64,000 bases of DNA from Bacillota bacterium (lineage in GTDB: Bacteria; Bacillota_I; Bacilli_A; RFN20; CAG-826). This document shows positions 7,965-17,959 of this stretch, in pieces; position 1 is the stretch's first letter, and each line of letters opens with the position of its first letter. A model generated the notes under the pieces. That model did no database searches. It was not told the DNA's origin and was given only the letters and a program-made list of their open reading frames with translations. A program made the position numbers and the translations under genes. The stretch covers positions 150,544 to 214,543 of the forward strand of contig JAURFC010000001.1 of NCBI GenBank assembly GCA_030834445.1. Direction: 5' to 3'.

Positions 7965-10550
7965 TTACAATTGTTTTAATTTTTCTTCAATAATCGCAAG
8001 TTTTTGCATATGAAGTGCGCGTTTATCTTTTTCTTCTTCGACTTTCGCTTCGGGAGCTTTCGCTAAAAAGTTCGGGTTAGCAAGCATTTTTTCCGCGCGG
8101 TCAATTTCCGCTTTTTCAAACGCTTGTTGACTTAACAAGGTTTGTTTCATCGCCACTAAGTCGACTTTTTGTTCAATGACCAAACTTCCCATCGGATAGA
8201 CAAACCGTTCTACGTGAACCGAAGGGGCAACTGTTTTAAAGGAAACTTCAGAAAATGTCATCCGTTGGATCAACGCGCTGTAAGGTTGTACGTCAATTTG
8301 CGTCACATCAATCGCTAATTGCAGCGAGGCATTCGGTGCTAATTGATGACGGACTTTGTACGCACGAACATCTTGAATGACCGTTTGAATAAAGCCATAA
8401 ATACCGCGATCGTTTGAAAGCGATAAAACCTGGGGAAAACGTTCGAGGAAAATCGAAGTTTGATGACCTGGCAAGCGACTGTAAATTTCTTCGGTAATAA
8501 AAGGAGCAAACGGATGAAGCATGATCAAAATCGCTTTTAAACCTTCAAAGAGAATGGATAACGTGACCAGACGATGTGAATCGGCGTCGGATTGTAAGTG
8601 GACTTTCGAAAATTCTAAATACCACGAACAAAATTCATCATAAACAAAGTCATACATCAATTTCGAGGCAAACCCGATTTCATATTTATCTAAATTTAAT
8701 TTCACATTGCCAATCAATTGATTCAATCGGGTTAATAAGCCGATATCTAAATCATTCAAGGTCGCCTTTTCTAAATTCACTGGCTTAAAATCCTCAGGTA
8801 AATAACTCAAAATAAAGCGTGCAGAATTCCAAATTTTGTTTAAGTAGTTCGCTTGCGCTTCTACTTTTTCTTCAATGTAACGTGTATCTTGACCGGGACT
8901 AGAATTGGAAGCAAGGTAAATGCGTAATGCATCCGTCCCAAATTGATCAATGACTTGAATCGGATCCACGCCATTACCAAGAGATTTCGACATTTTTCGT
9001 CCTTGTGCGTCCCGAATAATCCCATGAATCAAAACATCTTCAAAGGGTTTTTGTCCTAAAAAATGTAAGGATTGAAATGCCATTCGTGCGACCCAAAAGA
9101 AGATAATGTCATACCCAGTCACCATGGTTGAGGTGGGAAAATAGGCTTTTAATAAATGCGTTTGATCGGGCCAACCGAGGGTAGAAAATGGCCATAGAGC
9201 AGAAGAAAACCAGGTATCAAGAACATCGGAATCTTGGATATAATCCTCACTATTTTTGGGGGCTTCAACACCCACATAGACTTCCCCCGTTTGTCGATGA
9301 TACCAAGCGGGGATTTGATGACCCCACCATAATTGGCGAGAAATACACCAATCTTCTACTTTTTCCATCCATTGTTGCAAGGTTGCTTCAAAGCGGTCAG
9401 GAAAAAATCGTATTTTTTGATCAGAGGCTTGTAAGTCAAGGACATGTTGGGCAAGTGGTTTCATTTTGACAAACCATTGTTTGGATAAATACGGTTCAAC
9501 AATGGCATCACTTCGCTCGGAATGACCGACCGCGTGGATGATGGATTCAATTTTAAGAAGATTACCTTCGTGGCGAATCCGTTCAACCAGTTGACGACGG
9601 CATTCAAACCGGTCGAGTCCAGCAAAGGATCCCGCTCGTTCATTCATCGTGCCATTTTTATTCATACATAAGGGGCGTTCAAGCTGATGGCGTTCACTGA
9701 TGGCAAAGTCATTGGCATCATGCGCTGGGGTACATTTCATGACCCCTGTTCCAAAGGCAACATCGACATAATCATCGGCTATAATCGGTAATTTTTCATG
9801 ATTGGCAGGATTGATTGCATAGCGACCGATTAACGAACGATAACGTTCATCCTTTGGATTGACGACCAGACAAACATCACCAAACATCGTTTCCGGGCGG
9901 GTGGTCGCAACCGATAAATGGGTCGTTCCATCATCAAGAACATAATCAAAATAATAAAAATGACCTTCAATGTCTTTATGAATGACCTCAATATTGGAAA
10001 GTGCGGTTTGTTGATCAGGATCCCAGTTAATAATCCGTTCACCTTGATAAATTAACCCTTCACGATATAACTTAATAAATACTTCTTTGACGGCATGCGA
10101 TAATCCTTCATCCAGGGTAAAACGTTCTAAATCGGGATTAAGCGCTAGTCCAAGTTTGCCCCATTGACGGCGAATATTTTTCGCGTATTCATCTTTCCAT
10201 TCCCACATTTTTTCTAAGAATTTTTCTCGACCCAAATCGTAACGAGAAATGCCTTGCGCCCGTAATTTAGCCTCAACGACTGCTTGCGTGGCAATGCCGG
10301 CATGGTCCATCCCAGGAAGATATAACGTATCTTTGCCAAGGCTATGATGATAACGAATTAAAATGTCTTGTAACGTATTATCCCAAGCGTGACCTAAGTG
10401 GAGTTTTCCGGTGACATTGGGTGGAGGAATGACAATCGTATATTTTTCTGGACGGGATGGATCCAGTTGAAATAATTTTTCCTTAATCCAAAATTCATAT
10501 TTTCCCGCTTCAACGAGTTTGGGGTCATAACGTTTTGCTAAACTTTCCAT
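7965..10550 (-). CDS. valS: Valine--tRNA ligase
   Basis: PPPNVTGKLHLGH, DWCISRQLWWGH, KMSKS, C-terminal coiled coil. Confidence 0.98.
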   Translation of the reverse strand: MESLAKRYDPKLVEAGKYEFWIKEKLFQLDPSRPEKYTIVIPPPNVTGKLHLGHAWDNTLQDILIRYHHSLGKDTLYLPGMDHAGIATQAVVEAKLRAQGISRYDLGREKFLEKMWEWKDEYAKNIRRQWGKLGLALNPDLERFTLDEGLSHAVKEVFIKLYREGLIYQGERIINWDPDQQTALSNIEVIHKDIEGHFYYFDYVLDDGTTHLSVATTRPETMFGDVCLVVNPKDERYRSLIGRYAINPANHEKLPIIADDYVDVAFGTGVMKCTPAHDANDFAISERHQLERPLCMNKNGTMNERAGSFAGLDRFECRRQLVERIRHEGNLLKIESIIHAVGHSERSDAIVEPYLSKQWFVKMKPLAQHVLDLQASDQKIRFFPDRFEATLQQWMEKVEDWCISRQLWWGHQIPAWYHRQTGEVYVGVEAPKNSEDYIQDSDVLDTWFSSALWPFSTLGWPDQTHLLKAYFPTSTMVTGYDIIFFWVARMAFQSLHFLGQKPFEDVLIHGIIRDAQGRKMSKSLGNGVDPIQVIDQFGTDALRIYLASNSSPGQDTRYIEEKVEAQANYLNKIWNSARFILSYLPEDFKPVNLEKATLNDLDIGLLTRLNQLIGNVKLNLDKYEIGFASKLMYDFVYDEFCSWYLEFSKVHLQSDADSHRLVTLSILFEGLKAILIMLHPFAPFITEEIYSRLPGHQTSIFLERFPQVLSLSNDRGIYGFIQTVIQDVRAYKVRHQLAPNASLQLAIDVTQIDVQPYSALIQRMTFSEVSFKTVAPSVHVERFVYPMGSLVIEQKVDLVAMKQTLLSQQAFEKAEIDRAEKMLANPNFLAKAPEAKVEEEKDKRALHMQKLAIIEEKLKQL

Positions 10551-10564
10551 GGGTTTCTCCTTAA

Positions 10565-10766
10565 AATAAAAAAACGTCCTTCGATAAGGACGCCGCAGCG
10601 TGGTACCACCTTAATTAATACCGTTGCCGGTATTCACTTGAGACTCGATAACGTTGAGTAGACGCCCGAAGGAAACGACGATAAACGACTTCAATCCGCG
10701 ATTTTAACCTGCTTGCATCAACCCAGGCTTTCTTTGATAAAATCGGATGGATTTACTCCTTTTATC
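10565..10766 (-). ncRNA. T-box riboswitch (Val, specifier GUC)
   Basis: AAGGTGGTACCACG at 10599-10612; terminator CGTCCTT/AAGGACG plus U run; GAA-GTC-G specifier at 10687-10689; -10 TATAAT at 10773-10778. Confidence 0.92.
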
Positions 10767-10773
10767 TTCTTTA

Positions 10774-11373
10774 TTATACCGAGTTTGGGGATGATTTCAA
10801 CGATAAGAAATCTTGCAACGTATGCCGTAATATTTGAATGGATTTCGCATGATCAACCGCGGTAAACACCGCTTGTTTTTCCGAGAGACCAATCGCCTTA
10901 ATATGTTTCAATAACGAAGCTTTTTCCGATTGATTGAGCTTATCCATTTTGGTAAAGACGACTAAAATATTCATCGATTGATTCAACGTATGAATAAAGC
11001 CAATATCCTCTTCTTTTAAACCCCGACGCCCATCGATTAAATAAAGGCCTAACGAAGGTTTCGCAATTTGAAAATAACCTTCCATCATCACCGCAAACTG
11101 TGCGAGTTCTTGTTTCCCTTTTAAGGTAAATCCAAATCCTGGGGCATCCACCAAATAAAACGTATCATCCACATTAAAATAATTGAGATAACGTGTTTTT
11201 CCTGGTTTCGTAGAGACTTTTGCAAGATTTTTGGTTTGGGTTAAGGCGTTAATTAAACTACTTTTTCCGACATTAGAACGTCCAATAAAAATGACTTCTG
11301 GTAAAGGAAAAGACGGACGTTGAGATACATCAACGACCGTCTTAACAAAGGTTGTGTTTTGAAATTGAATCAC
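10774..11373 (-). CDS. engB: Ribosome biogenesis GTPase EngB/YsxC
   Basis: GRSNVGKSS, PGKT, DAPG, TKMDK; directly after lon. Confidence 0.95.
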   Translation of the reverse strand: MIQFQNTTFVKTVVDVSQRPSFPLPEVIFIGRSNVGKSSLINALTQTKNLAKVSTKPGKTRYLNYFNVDDTFYLVDAPGFGFTLKGKQELAQFAVMMEGYFQIAKPSLGLYLIDGRRGLKEEDIGFIHTLNQSMNILVVFTKMDKLNQSEKASLLKHIKAIGLSEKQAVFTAVDHAKSIQILRHTLQDFLSLKSSPNSV

Positions 11374-13697
11374 GCTTTCACAGGAGCGACTAGCGTGGAC
11401 GTAATCGCTTCATCCACTGATTTAATGTAAATGATTTTTAAGTTTTCTTTGACTTCCTTGGCTAAATCATCGACATTTTTTCGGTTTTCATCGGGAATGA
11501 GGACGGTTTTAATGCCGCTGCGTAAGGCGGCAATCGTTTTTTCACGTAAACCCCCAATGGCAAGGACATTACCTCGCAAGGTGACTTCCCCGGTCATCGC
11601 CACTTCACTCGATGCATGACGTCCCGTTAACGCGGAGATCATCGCCACCGTCATCGTGACCCCAGCAGACGGACCATCTTTGGGTACAGCCCCTTCAGGC
11701 ACGTGAACGTGAATATCGCGTTCTTTAAAGATTTTTGATTCGATGCCGTATTTATCGGCGTTCGCTTGAATGTAATCTAAGGCGATTTGTGCCGATTCTT
11801 TCATGACTTCACCGAGTTTACCCGTTAATACGAGGCGACCTGATCCAGGGAAGTGATTCACTTCAATCGGTAAGATATCGCCACCATACGGCGTGTAGGC
11901 TAACCCTGTTACAACCCCGATTTGGTTGGATTTTTCTTTTTTTGAGTTATCAAAGATTTCCACCCCTAAATATTTACGAACTTCTTTGGGGGTCACTTTA
12001 ATGGAGGTAATTTTGGGATCTTGGAGCAATTCAACCACGGCTTTTCGGCAAATCGAGGCAATTTTGCGTTCGAGTTCACGAACCCCTGCTTCCCGCGTAT
12101 AAAATTCGATGATACAGCCTAAAGATTCCCGATTAAAACTCAGTTGATCGGGAGTTAAACCATTCGCTAAGAGTTGTTTGGCAATCAAGTGACGATTGGC
12201 AATTTCAATTTTTTCCATTTCTGTATACGAATTGACTTCGATCAGTTCGAGGCGGTCACGTAAGGGTCCTGGGATATCTTCTAAATAGTTCGCAGTCGCA
12301 ATAAACATGACATTACTTAAGTCATACGGTTCTTCAAGATAATTATCGTTGAAAGCAAAGTTTTGTTCCGGGTCTAAGACTTCTAGTAAGGCACTGGCAG
12401 GATCTCCTTTATAAGAGGATGCGAGTTTATCCACTTCGTCAAGGAGGAAGACCGGATTCACGACCCCCGTTTTCTTCAGTCCATTTAAAATACGACCCGG
12501 CATCGAGCCCACATACGTTCGACGATGCCCGCGAATTTCAGCTTCATCGGAAATTCCCCCGAGTGAGGCTTTAAAGAATTTACGACCAAGAGCACGAGAA
12601 ATAGAGCGCGCTAAGGATGTTTTCCCAACTCCGGGTGGCCCGTAAAAGCAAAGAATTGGTGCCTTTAAACTGCCTGTCATTTTCTTCACCGCAAGATATT
12701 CAATAATGCGTTTTTTGACTTTATCAAGACCATAATGATCTTCATCAAGAATCGTTTGTACATTGGTGAGATCATCATTATCGGAGGTCCGTTGCCACCA
12801 CGGTAAATCGAGCATTAATTCCACATAGGATTTGATTAAGGACGATTCTAAGCTACTTGATGGCATCATTTCTGCACGTTTTAATTCTGCACGTACTTTG
12901 GTTTTAACATGATCGGGATATTGACCATCTTCAAGACGTTTTAATAAGGATTCTTCTGAATCCGTGGAATCAGGATTTTCACCCAATTCGGCTTTAATCG
13001 CCTTTAATTTTTCGCGTAGAAAATATTCTCGTTGATTTTTCTCCGCGGATTTACGAACTTCATCTTGTAAATGTTTATCGATATCGGCAATTTCTTTTTC
13101 TTCATTGACCGCATCTAAAACCATTTTGAGTCGTTCATTAATATCGAGTGTTTCTAACAGTTTTTGTTTTTGTTCCACGGGCATAGGAAGTAAATTACCG
13201 AGTAAATCGGTAATATCATTCGCGGAAACGCCTTTGGATAATTGCGAAATCACATCGCGGGGAAGACGATTCGTAATCGATTGCATGCCTTCCAAACTGG
13301 AAATGATATTGCGAACGAGTGCCACTTCAGTTTTGTGATCACCAGCAAGATCTTCGACTTTTTCGGCTTCCGCCATCCACGTGGTATCCGTTTTTTCTAA
13401 TTTCGTAATGACGACACGGGCAAGGGGCAATACACGTAAACGTGTGTAACGTTTTAACGCCGTAATGTTTGACATGCGGCAAATCGTACCCACTTTGAAC
13501 ATTTCTTCTTCATTCGGATCATCAATTTCGGGTGATTTTTGCGAAACGACTAAAATTAAGTCATTGCCATCCATTTTGGCGACATCAATCGCACTCACCG
13601 AAAACGGACGACCGGCTTCGATCGATTGTATTTGGTTCGGGAACAAGACCATGCCTCGAGTAATGAGTAATGGTAAGTGATACGTTTCTTTTTTCAT
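11370..13697 (-). CDS. lon: ATP-dependent Lon protease (start ATG 13697)
   Basis: GPPGVGKTS, RTYVGSMPG, PKDGPSAG catalytic Ser; AGAGGGG RBS. Confidence 0.98.
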   Translation of the reverse strand: MKKETYHLPLLITRGMVLFPNQIQSIEAGRPFSVSAIDVAKMDGNDLILVVSQKSPEIDDPNEEEMFKVGTICRMSNITALKRYTRLRVLPLARVVITKLEKTDTTWMAEAEKVEDLAGDHKTEVALVRNIISSLEGMQSITNRLPRDVISQLSKGVSANDITDLLGNLLPMPVEQKQKLLETLDINERLKMVLDAVNEEKEIADIDKHLQDEVRKSAEKNQREYFLREKLKAIKAELGENPDSTDSEESLLKRLEDGQYPDHVKTKVRAELKRAEMMPSSSLESSLIKSYVELMLDLPWWQRTSDNDDLTNVQTILDEDHYGLDKVKKRIIEYLAVKKMTGSLKAPILCFYGPPGVGKTSLARSISRALGRKFFKASLGGISDEAEIRGHRRTYVGSMPGRILNGLKKTGVVNPVFLLDEVDKLASSYKGDPASALLEVLDPEQNFAFNDNYLEEPYDLSNVMFIATANYLEDIPGPLRDRLELIEVNSYTEMEKIEIANRHLIAKQLLANGLTPDQLSFNRESLGCIIEFYTREAGVRELERKIASICRKAVVELLQDPKITSIKVTPKEVRKYLGVEIFDNSKKEKSNQIGVVTGLAYTPYGGDILPIEVNHFPGSGRLVLTGKLGEVMKESAQIALDYIQANADKYGIESKIFKERDIHVHVPEGAVPKDGPSAGVTMTVAMISALTGRHASSEVAMTGEVTLRGNVLAIGGLREKTIAALRSGIKTVLIPDENRKNVDDLAKEVKENLKIIYIKSVDEAITSTLVAPVKA

Positions 13698-13711
13698 ACA
13701 TTTCCCCTCTT

Positions 13712-13738
13712 TTAGCAATTCTCTATGATGAGTGCTAA
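13712..13738. promoter_or_regulatory. CIRCE operator 1 (HrcA site) in the lon 5' UTR
   Basis: Minus strand TTAGCACTC-N9-AATTGCTAA, versus consensus TTAGCACTC-N9-GAGTGCTAA. Confidence 0.85.
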
Positions 13739-13757
13739 AAACATTATAACAAACACT

Positions 13758-13784
13758 TTAGCACTTGCAAGGAATAAGTGCTAA
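13758..13784. promoter_or_regulatory. CIRCE operator 2 overlapping the lon -35 box
   Basis: TTAGCACTT-N9-AAGTGCTAA perfect inverted repeat; minus-strand promoter TTGCAA-16 nt-TATAAT. Confidence 0.85.
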
Positions 13785-13814
13785 TTCGGAAAGGGCGGAA
13801 TAAAAAATCCTTGC

Positions 13815-15089
13815 TTAGCTGTTGTTCTTAATTAAGAATTCTTTGATGTAGCGATCGCGAATATCGGAACGGAAGCGAGCTAAGTTCGGTTTGAGAATGT
13901 CTTTGACTTTTTCAAATTCCATTTTGTATTGTTCCGCAATTTTGGCAATTTCAAAGTCGACAAGTTCTTCGGTGACTTCGATGGATTCTAATTCAGCAAT
14001 CTTATTGGCAACAAGGGAAGCACGTAAAATATCTTCCGCTTGTTGGTGGAGCGTATCGTGGAATTGTTGTTCGGTTTGACCTAACGCTTTTAAGTATTGT
14101 TCTTTGGTTTGATTGCGTTGTTTTAATTTATTGTTTAAATCCTCTTCCATCGCATGCATTTGTTCATGAATGGCTTCGTGAGGAAGATCAATGTCAGCTT
14201 CTTTGGCAATATGCATGAGCAAGTCGGAATAAAATTTGTCGTCGCCTTGTTTTTGCTTATTCGCGGTTAATTTTTGTTTGGTGTAATCTTTAAATTGTTC
14301 AACGGTTTTGACATTTTTAAGGTTCATGTCTTTAAAAAGGTTTTCATCCATTTCTGGAAGTTTTTTGCCTTTCACTTCATGAACTTTAATTTTAAAAACA
14401 GCTGGTTTAGAAGCAAGTTCGGCATTATAGTTTTCTGGGAACGTGACGTGTAAATCTTTGGTATCGCCTGCTTTTAAACCAACCATTTGGTCTTCAAAAC
14501 CTGGAATAAATTGGCCAGTGCCTAATTCAAGGGAATAGTTTTCCGCTTTCCCACCTTCAAAAGCGACATCATTCACGAACCCTTCGAAGTCAAAGACAAC
14601 CGTATCGCCTAAGGCTGCTTCACCTTCTTTAAGGACAAGTTCAGCATGATTTTTAATGGCATCGTCCATGTCTTTTTGAATTTCTTCATCACTCACGGTC
14701 ACCGCATCGCGTTTCACCGGTAAGTTTTTATAGTTTTTCAACGTCACTTCAGGGACTAAAATCACCGTTGCTTTTAGTTCTAGGTCATTGTCAGATACTT
14801 TACTGACATCCACTTGTGGACGGGATAAGGGATTCAAGTTTTCTTCGCGAATCACAGCCGAATAGGCATTCGGTAACACATCATTAATCGCCGTATCATA
14901 AAGTTTGCTTGGGTTGATGCGTGCTTTGAGCATGGCTTCCGGCGCTTTACCAGGACGGAATCCGTCAATTTTAATATCTTTTGCGAGTTTATTAAATGCA
15001 TTTTTTTGGGCTTTTTTCCATTCTTCTGCATCAAAGACCATCGTGATTTCCACGCGTGAATTTTCAAGTTTTTTAACCGTGTGTTTCAT
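13815..15089 (-). CDS. tig: Trigger factor
   Basis: GFRPGKAP ribosome-binding motif; FKBP domain (FEGG, FIPGFEDQ). Confidence 0.97.
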   Translation of the reverse strand: MKHTVKKLENSRVEITMVFDAEEWKKAQKNAFNKLAKDIKIDGFRPGKAPEAMLKARINPSKLYDTAINDVLPNAYSAVIREENLNPLSRPQVDVSKVSDNDLELKATVILVPEVTLKNYKNLPVKRDAVTVSDEEIQKDMDDAIKNHAELVLKEGEAALGDTVVFDFEGFVNDVAFEGGKAENYSLELGTGQFIPGFEDQMVGLKAGDTKDLHVTFPENYNAELASKPAVFKIKVHEVKGKKLPEMDENLFKDMNLKNVKTVEQFKDYTKQKLTANKQKQGDDKFYSDLLMHIAKEADIDLPHEAIHEQMHAMEEDLNNKLKQRNQTKEQYLKALGQTEQQFHDTLHQQAEDILRASLVANKIAELESIEVTEELVDFEIAKIAEQYKMEFEKVKDILKPNLARFRSDIRDRYIKEFLIKNNS

Positions 15090-15166
15090 AAATTGTTCCT
15101 CTTATTTCTTGGCGTAATCGCCATCAACTTTTCAATTATACAATGTTCGCAAAAAAAGTTAATCTT

Positions 15167-16045
15167 TTATAACTTCAAAATGGTTTCAAGATGATGTCTT
15201 TTTTTCGCAATGATACCTTTTTCTGACTCTGAAAAATCATCATCATTTATCGGTAATTGCAAATACGTTTGTGCGGTTTGAATCAGCGCAGTGTAAAAGT
15301 AATATTCGAAGTCGAGTTCATAGGGAACCATGCGGAGAACATAAGCGCTCATTAAGGAGCTAGCAACCTGAAACAACGAAGGATCTTTGATGCGTTTTTT
15401 AAGTTCTTCTTTCGCATTTTCCACCGTTCCATCCATAAACGGATTAACGGCGTCAATCGGATTAAACTGTAATAACTGCAGACCTTTTTTTAACGCGATG
15501 ACTTCATCAAACTTAAAATCGATAAGCATGAGCATTAAAAAACCTTTCACAGGTTGGGAGGCATCCCCGCGTAAGGTTTCCTTAATTAATTCGCGCAGTT
15601 GGTAGGCATGTATCGGTTTCATTTGCGGAATCAAATCTAATAAAAGGGCTTCTTTTTTTTCTTTTAACGCCTTTTCTAAGGTGGCTAAATAATCAAACGG
15701 TTTTGCCTCTTTACCGCGATAGTAAAGCCGACGAATTTCAGCAATCAGTTCTTCGGATTCTTGATTTATGTAGGGTAAATCTTCATAAGCGCTAATAAGG
15801 CGTTCATGCCCCTCAAGATGGCGATCATTTTTGACAATCTCTCGATGAATTTTTAAAAAGGTCGGCAGGGATTGTGTAAGTAACGTTAACGTATTCGCCA
15901 TCACCGCTAAAACACGGGCATGCGCCCCTAATCCCAATAAACCAATCAAGTGGTAACGAATCGTGTTTAAATCATGCAACGAAGCTGTGACTTCCACTAA
16001 CGTCGCGAAATCTTGGTTTTGATAAAGTTTGGCATAATCATGCAT
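15167..16045 (-). CDS. Hypothetical helical protein (possibly DUF3196-like)
   Basis: 292-aa ORF with AAGGA RBS; LPYIN.E.EE segment reminiscent of a Mollicute-type protein; not verified. Confidence 0.7.
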   Translation of the reverse strand: MHDYAKLYQNQDFATLVEVTASLHDLNTIRYHLIGLLGLGAHARVLAVMANTLTLLTQSLPTFLKIHREIVKNDRHLEGHERLISAYEDLPYINQESEELIAEIRRLYYRGKEAKPFDYLATLEKALKEKKEALLLDLIPQMKPIHAYQLRELIKETLRGDASQPVKGFLMLMLIDFKFDEVIALKKGLQLLQFNPIDAVNPFMDGTVENAKEELKKRIKDPSLFQVASSLMSAYVLRMVPYELDFEYYFYTALIQTAQTYLQLPINDDDFSESEKGIIAKKRHHLETILKL

Positions 16046-16060
16046 AAAGATTCCTTTAAA

Positions 16061-16092
16061 ATGAATATTCCCTCGGTGAAGGGAATATTCAT
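16061..16092 (-). terminator. Hairpin directly 3' of tRNA-Arg (terminator/processing signal)
   Basis: ATGAATATTCCCT-N6-AGGGAATATTCAT 13-bp perfect stem. Confidence 0.7.
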
Positions 16093-16168
16093 GGCGTCCC
16101 CAAAACGATTCGAACGTTTGACCTACAGCTTAGAAGGCTGTTGCTCTATCCAGCTGAGCTATGGGGAC
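16092..16168 (-). tRNA. tRNA-Arg (anticodon UCU), CCA encoded
   Basis: GTCCCCATAGCTCAGCTGGATAGAGC-ACAGC-CTTCTAA-GCTGT...AAACG-TTCGAAT-CGTTT-TGGGGAC-GCCA folds as a cloverleaf. Confidence 0.97.
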
Positions 16169-16192
16169 AACACCGTTATTTTAGCATTATTC

Positions 16193-17959
16193 TTAAAGGG
16201 TTTTAAGTGATTGTAATTTTTCAAACAACGTGAGGGCGACCTCATCGGGCAAGATTTGCTGTAACTCTTCCAGCGGTGCCATTTTTAATCCATCCAATGT
16301 CGGATAGCGTTTTTCAAGCATAGCCCTTCGTGTCGGTCCCAGTCCCGTAATGCCATCAAAAATGGATTGGGTCATCGCTTTCGAGCGCAATCGACGATGG
16401 AAGCCAATGGCAAAGCGATGTACTTCATCTTGCATACGAACTAAAAAGAAAAAGACATTGGGGGTATCGGTTAATGCAAACACTTCCCCTTCGGCATTTA
16501 ATAACCCTTTGGTTTGGTGTTTGATGTTTTTAAATAAACCTACCACAGGAAGTGACACTCCTACATCTTTTAAGGCGCGCAAGGCCGCATTGAGTTGGGT
16601 TTCCCCACCATCCACAATTAAAAGTTGAGGCATGGGACTCCCTTCTTTTTTTAACCGGGCATAGCGTCGTGATACGACTTCATACATCGCTCCAGGATCA
16701 TCTTGACGATGCTCTTCATCCAAATGATACGTTCGATACATTTTTTTAACCGGTTCACCATTGATAAAAACAATTAAAGCCCCGACGGGTTGATTGCCTT
16801 GTAAATGGGAATTATCAATCATCTCAATGTGATACGGCGTGGGAATGGACAAGGTCATCCCTAATGTTTCTAGTAATGTAAGTTTGTCGTCATCGAGTCG
16901 GGCGGTTAAAAAGTGATCATCCAGCGTTTGAATCGCGTTTTCTTGAACGAGTTTCATCAATTCAAATAAAGTGCCTTTTTCCACTCGAATCATTTCGATA
17001 CCAATCGTGGATTCCACCATCGATTGCAACGGAGGATAATTGAGTAAAAGTTGTTTCGGTAAGGGTTTATCGCGGTAATATTGGCCGAGTAATTGTTCAA
17101 GCTGTTCTTCAAGTTCACCAAAGCGTTCCACGACAAAGCTTCCTTTTCCAAGGAGGATGCCACGTCGGAAGACGAAAACGGCTAAGGCCAAATACCCTTC
17201 CCGTTCCGAAAATGCCATAATATCACGATCAATAAGGTCATGAATTTCTACACGTTGGGCATCCACGATATGATCAATATCATCCAAAATCGTTTTATAA
17301 TCACGGGCATTTTCAAATTGTAATTGATCAATCGCCTCATTCATTTTTTGAGTATAGGTCGCTTTAACGGCTTTGACATCCCCTTTTAAAAAGGTGGTAA
17401 TTTGAGTGGCTAAATCATCGTAAACATCTTGGGGAATATCATGAATGCACGGTGCTAAACATTGTCCAATATGAAAATATAAACAGGCAGCTTTCGGCAT
17501 TACATTACATTTGCGTAAAGGAAAGATTTTATTAAGTAACCCAATCATTCGATACGCGGAACGCGAGGAAGGATACGGGCCAAAATAATAATATTTTTTA
17601 TCTTTGTTGTTACGCATGATACGTAAATAAGGATCATTCCCTTTACGGAGGGCAATGTAAGGATAATGCGAGCCTTCTTTGAGCATGATGTTATAGCGTG
17701 GGTAATGTTCATGAATCAAATTCATTTCTAAGACGAGCGCTTCTTTTTCATTGGTGGTTATGATGGTGTCAAAGGTTTCAATATGTTGAACCATCGCATG
17801 AACTTTACCCCATTGCGGACGCAAAAAATACTGACTTACGCGTTTGGATAAATCTTTCGCTTTCCCTACATAAATGATTTTTTCTGAGCCATCCTTCATT
17901 AAATAGACGCCAGGTTTTGTCGGTAAGGTTTGTAAAAGGGTACGAACTTTTTCTGTCAT
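16193..17959 (-). CDS. uvrC: Excinuclease ABC subunit C
   Basis: PGVYLM..IIYVGKAK GIY-YIG, Cys cluster, DNSH, VDGG, RMQDEVHRFA. Confidence 0.97.
   Translation of the reverse strand: MTEKVRTLLQTLPTKPGVYLMKDGSEKIIYVGKAKDLSKRVSQYFLRPQWGKVHAMVQHIETFDTIITTNEKEALVLEMNLIHEHYPRYNIMLKEGSHYPYIALRKGNDPYLRIMRNNKDKKYYYFGPYPSSRSAYRMIGLLNKIFPLRKCNVMPKAACLYFHIGQCLAPCIHDIPQDVYDDLATQITTFLKGDVKAVKATYTQKMNEAIDQLQFENARDYKTILDDIDHIVDAQRVEIHDLIDRDIMAFSEREGYLALAVFVFRRGILLGKGSFVVERFGELEEQLEQLLGQYYRDKPLPKQLLLNYPPLQSMVESTIGIEMIRVEKGTLFELMKLVQENAIQTLDDHFLTARLDDDKLTLLETLGMTLSIPTPYHIEMIDNSHLQGNQPVGALIVFINGEPVKKMYRTYHLDEEHRQDDPGAMYEVVSRRYARLKKEGSPMPQLLIVDGGETQLNAALRALKDVGVSLPVVGLFKNIKHQTKGLLNAEGEVFALTDTPNVFFFLVRMQDEVHRFAIGFHRRLRSKAMTQSIFDGITGLGPTRRAMLEKRYPTLDGLKMAPLEELQQILPDEVALTLFEKLQSLKTL

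Noticed and set aside
16061-16192. tRNA as an integration site for a prophage or island
   Set aside because: No integrase, no duplicated tRNA 3' end and no evident compositional shift nearby.
16013-16210. 65-aa plus-strand ORF
   Set aside because: Antisense to tRNA-Arg and its hairpin.
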